Part shown: positions 57,164 through 64,000 of the stretch, in pieces | How positions within the stretch are numbered: position 1 is the stretch's first letter | Layout of the letters: every line of letters begins with the position of its first letter | Source: Catajapyx aquilonaris | Taxonomy: Eukaryota | Assembly (NCBI GenBank): GCA_000934665.2 | Contig: KZ538485.1 | Coordinates: 1 to 64,000 of the forward strand | Direction of reading: 5' to 3' | DNA length: 64,000 bases | Notes under the pieces: generated by a model | What the model was told of the DNA's origin: nothing | The model's database searches: none | The model's input: only the letters and a program-made list of their open reading frames with translations | Position numbers and translations under genes: made by a program

Positions 57164-58100
57164 CTGTGTGGTCCATTGGCTGGTGAGTCGGGGGCACGAG
57201 GCGGGTCAGGCTGGGTCATCCCCTAGCCATGATCCCCATTTTTGCCCACTCAGGGTTTATTCAAGCCCCGGGGCAAAAACCCCCACCCCGGCCCCCCTTC
57301 TTCCTTTCCTCAGGTGCTGTGTCCCTGGGTATCAAGTGGCAGCTGACGAGGGGTGGATGTCCGGAAATTGTCGACGATGATGACCGCACCAATTTTCCTC
57401 CTACTCCACCACCACCACCACCCACCACCACCTCCTCCTCCGTCCCCTCCCTCCTCCAGCCCCTCCACCACCGACACACTACCACACCACCAGCACTACA
57501 GCACCTCCTCCTCCTCCGCCACCATCCACCATCCACCATCCACCACCGTCTTCAGCAGCTCGACAAACTCTGCCAACACTCGTCCCCCCCTTCTGGATAG
57601 GTAGGATAGGCCCGAGCTCCCATGGCCGCCAAACACCGCCAATATTTGCAGCCCCGTCCACTCCCGCGCATTTCGCGCAAAATGCGCGGGAAAAATACGG
57701 ATTTACCACGCTGCTCAGGACTGCAAATTCACATACAATGCGACGGACCAGAACACTATTCGTAGCATACACACCCTGGTGTTACACCATCAGCACACTG
57801 TATTTTCAACTGTCTTTTTTTTACCCCACCCTGTAGCGGCTGTACGGTGTAAATTTTGACCCACCGTCACTGCCACCAGCGTCGTTGGCTGCCTGCTTTC
57901 ACTGACGAACAGAGCAGCGCTGGAAATATCGACCCCCTCAGACTCTCGGCATCAGCTCCCTCCCCCTCCTCCTACCCGCCTGAACCCTGCCCTCCCTCCC
58001 CCGCCTCTCTTTCCCTTCACACCCACACCCCCGCACCGCGTGTGGGTGTAGGTGTGAGGGCTGGTGGGGGAGTAATGGGTGTGTTGGGAATAAAGGAACT
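57164..58100 (-). promoter_or_regulatory. GC/CpG-rich putative RGS promoter and first exon (donor CAG|gtacat at 57164/57163)
   Basis: GC-rich low-complexity segment just beyond the CIB polyA signal, with E2F-type sites at 57671-57693 and a donor facing the acceptor at 56914. TSS not defined. Confidence 0.45.
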
Positions 58101-58323
58101 GGCCTGGCTCCTGTTTGTACAAGAGTCAATCGCAAGACTGACATGAGTGTCTGACACCACCCACTACATTCATTATTAATAAATGTTTGGATATGCTACA
58201 TGTATATTAATAAACATTTAATAACTTGCCTAACATTTTGTGTGCACTTAACTATCAAATGTAAACCCCTGCAATGCAGTCCTTGCTCTACTAGAAATAA
58301 TAACTGTTTCGAATAATCATCAA

Positions 58324-58329
58324 TTTATT
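58324..58329 (-). terminator. Probable CIB polyadenylation signal AATAAA
   Basis: tttatt on plus, about 170 nt past the CIB stop codon in AT-rich sequence. Confidence 0.5.
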
Positions 58330-58499
58330 TCATCCGTTTTGAAATAACATTGGGAGCTACCAGGTGTTTGCATTTTTGTTGATGGCCCTCTAACATTTAA
58401 AAATTGAGCGAGCAATGAAAACAAAGTATAGTTTCCTTCCTGGCCACCGCGCCAACAGACAGCAGCTCTTAATCTCGCTTCATTTCATCAATCTTCGTT

Positions 58500-58610
58500 T
58501 CACAGACGTATCCGGAAACTAGTAAGGAAATCCGGCATCTTGGATGTCATGTGATAAAACTCCTGCCGCGATATGGATCCGCTCCCACTCAAATTGGAGT
58601 CTTGCAGAAT
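58500..58610 (-). CDS. CIB1: CIB terminal coding exon
   Basis: tttttccag|ATT CTG CAA...CGT CTG TGA; ILQDSNLSGSGSISRQEFYHMTSKMPDFLTSFRIRL*. Confidence 0.9.
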   Translation of the reverse strand: MLQDSNLSGSGSISRQEFYHMTSKMPDFLTSFRIRL

Positions 58611-60282
58611 CTGGAAAAATATTATTGGCAGCATTTATTTCCGGACAACCCTCGTGGTGTAATAACACCGCCATTACGGNNNNNNNNNNNNGGGGGGGTA
58701 CACACAGCCAATCAGCGGAAGACACGTCAGAACCAAGATGATGATTGGTACGTGGCTCGCAACCTGGTCCTGATTGGTCTGTGGCTCCCAACATGGACGT
58801 GATTGGTGGATTGGAACCTCAACGACACCCATGTGAACCTCGTAAATCCAGTACCTTAGCTACCAAATCATCCGTTTCCTTTGCCGAGAGCTGCAGATCT
58901 GCGTTGCTGTATCCTCCTGTAATCCTGTCAATAACTCGACAAATGTCGCTCTCTCCCAAGACCTTGTCCTCGTCGAAATCTGAAACGAGACAGTTGATAT
59001 ATCCCAAATCGAATCTGGATTTTTCAGCAACTCTGCAGACTTGCCGAATATTTCGAAAGCCCATTCGGCTTTGGCCTGCACTGGCGTATCTTCATGAAAG
59101 GCGGTCATCATATCCAGGTAATCATCGAAGGACAGACGGCCATCTTGGTCAGAGCTGAACACTCTGACCAGCCTATCTCGAAATGGATTATTCTGCACCA
59201 AATAAATAAAGAGGACTTGAAATATATAAAGTTTTCTTCCCTGTCCTTGCCACCCCACCTTTTCCTTTCGCCTGGTGTTAATTATGTACAAGAAGTACCA
59301 AGTAGCCCTTCCAGGACTTGGGAACAAAAGGTCAGGGGAAATTACTTCCTGTGGTTACGATCGATTTCCCCCAAGTCTAACTTCATTTTGCCGAGCGCTC
59401 CTCTCACACCTTTCTTATTTTCTCCTCCGATTCTTCATTTTCCGAGTTAATTGACTGCACCACTTGACCCGACAATTGCCTAAGAGAATGCATGAAAGCT
59501 TTACCAGAAGAAGAGTGCACCAGGAGAGGAAGAAGCTTTAAAAAATGTTCTTGGAAACGTTCTTGGAAGACTTGTTTTTCCACGTCTTAAAGATGAAGAA
59601 AACTCATCATGCTTAACCCAGATATGTCTAGCGTCCTACATATAGGACATTTGTACAAAATAATGTTAGAGTGTGTCAGTTCTTCATTTATTCATTAAAA
59701 ATATTTCAAGCATATGTTTTAAGGCGAGCAGGTTAGCGTACGCTAATTATAGGGTGATTTTAGGTATTAATAGCGGAATGTGGGTACGTGAAAGGAGGAA
59801 TTTCTAGTGCAATCTGGAAGCTACATGGGAAGACCTGTCATCAGGCCTTACGGGGAATCCAATTATTTTCTAAGTGATGACCAATCAGACTCAGGAAACG
59901 AGGGCGAGAGAAGAGGAAGCAGTCGGGACGAGGCCTAACTAACCCACCAACATTCACAAGGCGGAAGAAGGAGGAGAGGGGGGAAAAAATGGCGTCTGAA
60001 AAGTAGGACACACCTTGAATTCGGGGATAGACTCCATGATTTTGGATCCGAGGATACGGAGTTTCGTGTCTCCAGATGAATCCAGCTCGGGGCATGCCTC
60101 TGCTAACTTCTTGTACATGCTGCGAACACGCAACATGATGTATTACTAGTTACTACACACTCGTGTGTGTTTATAGTAATGTGGACTCACTGTAATATTT
60201 CCTTTCGAGAAAATGGGGTAAGTGTGGCATATTCTTCCAGCTGTTCCTCGTTTATTACTGCGTGGGCGCTCGAATTTCCCAT
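58500..60282 (-). CDS. CIB1: Calcium- and integrin-binding (CIB) family EF-hand protein, joined CDS 60191-60282, 60014-60119, 59045-59192, 58855-58979, 58500-58610; 193 aa
   Basis: Exons sum to 582 nt in frame: MGNSSAHAVINEEQLEEYATLTPFSRKEILH...IPEFKNNPFRDRLVRVFSSDQDGRLSFDDYLDMM...KAEWAFEIFDFDEDKVL...EFYHMTSKMPDFLTSFRIRL*. Motifs and length match the CIB family; the paralog assignment (CIB1 vs CIB2/3) is uncertain. Confidence 0.9.
58742..58809. repeat. 29-bp tandem repeat (about 2.3 copies) in CIB intron 4
   Basis: TGATTGGTACGTGGCTCGCAACCTGGTCC / TGATTGGTCTGTGGCTCCCAACATGGACG / TGATTGGTGG. Confidence 0.7.
58855..58979 (-). CDS. CIB1: CIB coding exon 4 (EF-hand 3 loop)
   Basis: cgtttcag|AT TTC GAC...GCT AAG|gtactg; (D)FDEDKVLGESDICRVIDRITGG...DDLVAK. 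Confidence 0.88.
59045..59192 (-). CDS. CIB1: CIB coding exon 3 (ends at a GC donor)
   Basis: ttggtgcag|AAT AAT CCA...ATA TTC G|gcaagt; NNPFRDRLVRVF...WAFEIF. Confidence 0.9.
60014..60119 (-). CDS. CIB1: CIB coding exon 2
   Basis: gttcgcag|C ATG TAC...TTC AAG|gtgtgt; MYKKLAEACPELDSSGDTKLRILGSKIMESIPEFK. Confidence 0.87.
60191..60282 (-). CDS. CIB1: CIB coding exon 1
   Basis: ATG GGA AAT TCG...ATA TTA CA|gtgagt; MGNSSAHAVINEEQLEEYATLTPFSRKEIL(H); not in the ORF track. Confidence 0.88.
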
Positions 60283-62749
60283 ACTTAAAGAAAACATACA
60301 AGTCAAGCAACGATTATTATTCAACAGATGGGTATGATATAATTATAGTACGAGCCTTCATAATAAGTGTGGTGCCACGGTAATTAATGGTATAATCACG
60401 TTAGGATAGGTTGTACATTGCAGCTTCATGGCGGTAAATTACAAGTTATATACGCCTTCTGACTACTGCTACTGATATATGCATAAAGCAAGCAATTCCG
60501 TTGCTTGCTATGGCTTCAGGTGTTTGTAGCGGTAAAGTAATATTGTTGAAGGTGGCGGTTCTGAAAAATTCCTGTTTTCGTCAAAGTTTGTCACAATGCC
60601 TAAAATAAACTCATTTCGCTAATAATGGCAGGCAAAATGAATATAACTCTTGGCCAGAGTGTTCAGTAATCGCTTTCTTTCTTCAATGATTCATTCATTA
60701 CTATCATTGGAAGTTTGATCGTACGTACTATGATGAAACTCGGGTCTATGAGCATACATTATAGACTTATGGTAGGCCTTTATTGAGGGGGCTTGACTAT
60801 TATTTGTGAAACTAAGATATCATGCTTGTGAGCAGGAATGAGTTCCCATCAACGTTGTCGCAGCTGTTACATATTTTCAAACAATTGACAAGGTAAATAA
60901 CTACTTATTATTCATGTTTTATTATACCGTGTATAACTTCCGCAACTTCACAAATTGTGTTTACTTGTGATTTGACGGTCCATTAACCATTACAGAGAAA
61001 GGTAAAAATACGACTGTAGAGTACAGTATACATACACTGACACCTTGTACAATATAAAGCAGGGTGAAGCTAGGGTGTATTAATGTATTCATGTAATAAT
61101 GTTAAACTGTTTAATGGCATGTCATCATCATCATCATCACCATCATCACCACCACCACCACCACCATCACGACATTTTCCTATGAGGTGTAGTCAGCGAT
61201 GAAGGGAGACGCAAGCTAACCCAACATATGAACTAAATTAAAACTTGTGAAAATAAAACTATAACCAACCAGTCCTACCACCCACCCCTCCCCACCTCAG
61301 ACGACAGATATTAAATTTAAATATTACACTATGCAATACGATACTTCGCCNCCCCCTCGCCACCAGCCACTACTCCGGACGCCCTGTAATAATGGCATGT
61401 CACATGAATGGAATTCAGGACATAGCAAAAACTTGCCCATTGTGAAACTTTATTTTTGGTCCTGGCGTAGTGTTTCAATGACCTGTTACATGCATGTTTT
61501 ATTTTTTATTTTTGCGAAAAGAGTCCAGCACTATAGAGGTTTCAGTGAATTACTGATTCGTTATTTTATTTGCATAACAAAACCACATAACATGTCGTTG
61601 CAAGCTATACATAATTACAGAGATGCATGACGTCACTGTCTATAACCTGTATGCACACAGTATTTAATTTATCAAAAGTACTATCGATAATTACTCTTAT
61701 AATGACCGAATATTAATCCTTTAATCGCTAGTTTTAAAGAGCATATATATACCTTGGGTAGGCTACTTAACACAAAAATAACGGAAATAATTCACGTGTC
61801 ATACGTGCATGTTAGTAAACTTACGATGCATGAATCTGCATTCATAGCCTACCAGAATAACGAACCGCCAATTTTGAGTCCGCAACTGCTAAAATCTAAA
61901 TGGGATCGAGTTCCATGCTTCATATCCCTAACTTCTAGAAACTTACATTGCACTGGAAAACCACGACTGTTTCCATCCCGATATATCAGTACGAGTTGTC
62001 AGTTTCATATGCCAAATCGTGCTAAATAACAGGACTTGTCTATAGGACCACATTACAAACTACTTTTTTTTTGCTTATTTGAAATAAGCCTGCGCAATTA
62101 CACAATTTTTACTAACCTGAGATCGCAGAAAAGGACTCCACTGACCTACTCCTGGCTCTGTACTACACGCACCAGCTGACGTAGAGCATCGTTCTGTTGA
62201 TATTTAGTGGGACTGTTATCAGCGACAAACACTGCAGGTGCTAGCCTATAATCTTATCCCCCACATTTCCTCCGCTCTTATCTGCAGGGCATTTGACGGG
62301 TGTTGACACTGCAACATTTATTATCTTTATTCACGCATAAACATATTGCTCCTAATGTCCCTGGTCGCGAATAAAAACTCTGGAGCAATAATATTTCCTG
62401 TCTACGTATTATATTCACGCCTTTGCATGCCAGTGAAGTTGTTCAACTGCAAGCAACACAAAATGCATTAAATTCTGATTAGATTCATATGCCCGCCGTT
62501 GCCACAAAAGTGTGACGTCATAAATGAGCCACCTTGCTCTAGTGCCACCAAAATTAATTGTTTTATCTAATCAATATATGTAACGGTCTACAAAAAGCCT
62601 TAGGTGGCCTAGTGATACTTACATTTGAGTCATTGAGCAGCATTGAGCCGATGGTGGTCTGTCCACCCTGCAATCCCGGTCCAAAATGGTGGCGCCCGCT
62701 TGCCACAAAGATTGTCTCCTTCTCAGCTGACTGACACGAGTGTCTCTCC
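60283..62749. promoter_or_regulatory. Divergent CIB/TATDN1 intergenic promoter region
   Basis: Head-to-head genes with starts about 2.5 kb apart; perfect CRE TGACGTCA at 61628-61635 and 62513-62520; DRE TATCGATA at 61682-61689. Confidence 0.55.
61122..61170. repeat. Compound (CAT)n/(CAC)n microsatellite
   Basis: Direct reading. Confidence 0.9.
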
Positions 62750-62786
62750 ATGAGGATGGCGGCGGCCCAGCTCAGGAAATTCATTG
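62750..62786 (+). CDS. TATDN1: TATDN1 exon 1
   Basis: ATG AGG ATG GCG...TTC ATT G|gtaact; in-frame TGA upstream. Confidence 0.85.
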
Positions 62787-63070
62787 GTAACTTCTAGGTC
62801 TCACTCTCCTGCATGTGCTGCCTGACCTGCATTTGCTTATCACACGGCGCTTTCCCCATCTTCCGTCCGTGTCACTCGCAGATATTGGTGCCAACCTGAC
62901 TGATCCGATGTACCAGGGAGTGTACCACAGGTCAAAGAAGCACCAGCCGGATCTGGACGTGGTCTTGCAACGAGCGTGGGACCACGGACTGGACAAGATC
63001 ATAATCACTGGTGGATCCTTGCATGACAGCAAGGAGGCACTCAACCTGGCACAAACAAATGGTCACAACC

Positions 63071-63140
<70 letters not shown>

Positions 63141-63551
63141 TATGATCGCATCTAAATGATGAACTCTGGATATAGCAGCCACAAGAAAAGTAGCACATAT
63201 CTAACAAACCTTCACCAAGCTGATAAAAAATGGCAAAATCTCAGTGGGTCTAGTAATGTAATCAACAGGCTTTTCCATTGCTCTTTTGCAAATAAAACCT
63301 TTCTTTAGTGTACTAGATTTTCAGAAACTGCTGATTTCTCTTCTACTGTTCTCCTTTACAGATCGTCTGTTTTGCACGGTTGGTTGTCACCCGACTCGTT
63401 GTGGCGAGTTTGAATCAAGTGGCGACCCAAAGGGCTACGTCTGCAGCTTGGTGAAGCTGGCTGAGGAGAACAGGGCCAAGGTGGTAGCCTTTGGAGAGAT
63501 GGGTCTCGACTATGATCGCACCAAATTCTGTCCGAAGGATGTCCAGCTCAA
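62750..63551 (+). CDS. TATDN1: TatD-family deoxyribonuclease TATDN1, 5' part (exons 62750-62786, 62882-63061, 63362-63551; continues beyond the window)
   Basis: [27 protein letters not shown]...IIITGGSL...[15 protein letters not shown]...[25 protein letters not shown] carries the TATDN1 motifs [16 protein letters not shown] and GE.GLD.DR. GT-AG introns with compatible phases. Start is ATG 62750 or 62756. Confidence 0.95.
62882..63061 (+). CDS. TATDN1: TATDN1 exon 2
   Basis: ctcgcag|AT ATT GGT GCC AAC...ACA AAT G|gtcaca. Confidence 0.92.
63071..63138. repeat. (AAT)22 microsatellite in TATDN1 intron 2
   Basis: Direct reading. Confidence 0.97.
63362..63551 (+). CDS. TATDN1: TATDN1 exon 3
   Basis: cctttacag|AT CGT CTG...CAG CTC AA|gtaaaa. 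Confidence 0.93.
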
Positions 63552-64000
63552 GTAAAAATCGCTGTTAATTTTAGACTCATCTCATCACTAGTAATACACA
63601 ATGAGTACACTGGCACTCCATATGAAAATTTACACATGCCATTGTATTTTGCAAGTATGGGGATGGATTCATCAAATGTAAGTCAAATTTTCGTCATAAC
63701 CGGTAGTAGTTACTAAGAATTAACTAACTATGGTTACGACTGTTTACGACAAAAATTTGACATACGACATTTGATTAATCCACCCCGATGTTTGCATTAA
63801 TTTTGTATTTCAGTTCAAAAAAAGATTGGATTTGAAAGGAATGTCACTCTGAGGGGTGAGGCCATTTCTGTCACGATGTACACGGCTGAACATCATATCA
63901 GTCCTTAGAAATTTACCATCATGAGAGGAGATCGCTCCCCACACTGGAAAATTTCTAACGTGGACTGCTATTAAGCCCAGCTGTGTACATGAAAAATGTT

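Noticed and set aside
57229..57772. Overlapping Pro/His/Gly-rich ORFs
   Set aside because: By-products of (CCA)n/(CCT)n low-complexity GC-rich leader sequence.
62932..63207. Poly-Leu ORF (and the poly-RE ORFs near 38100 and 43050)
   Set aside because: Translations of microsatellites.
1..64000. CRISPR arrays, operons, defence systems, rRNA, intact transposase or reverse transcriptase genes
   Set aside because: None seen; the window is intron-rich animal DNA with only non-autonomous repeats.

Overview
Eukaryotic (animal, probably arthropod or other protostome) genomic DNA with spliceosomal introns; nothing prokaryotic is present. Most of the window is one minus-strand RZ-subfamily RGS gene (RGS17/19/20-like): 5 coding exons between 8888 and 27013 give 282 aa with a cysteine string and an RGS domain. 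It probably has two non-coding 5' exons near 56.6-57.7 kb and a long 3' UTR reaching about 4.5 kb. At the right end, a complete but divergent minus-strand CIB-family EF-hand gene (58500-60282, 193 aa, one GC-AG intron) lies head-to-head with the first three exons of TATDN1 (62750 onward, plus strand). At the left end is the probable first coding exon of an unidentified minus-strand gene (3321-3640). Its intron holds a nested set of repeats: an old TIR element, a young TA-flanked Tc1/mariner-type MITE whose empty site is visible in the paired arm, and a tRNA-derived SINE. A second SINE copy, several foldback elements, microsatellites and assembly gaps are also present. I found no clearly new multi-gene system; the best leads are the divergent CIB, the unidentified gene, the structured SINE family and the post-transcriptional regulation of the RGS gene. 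All calls are by eye; no searches were run.
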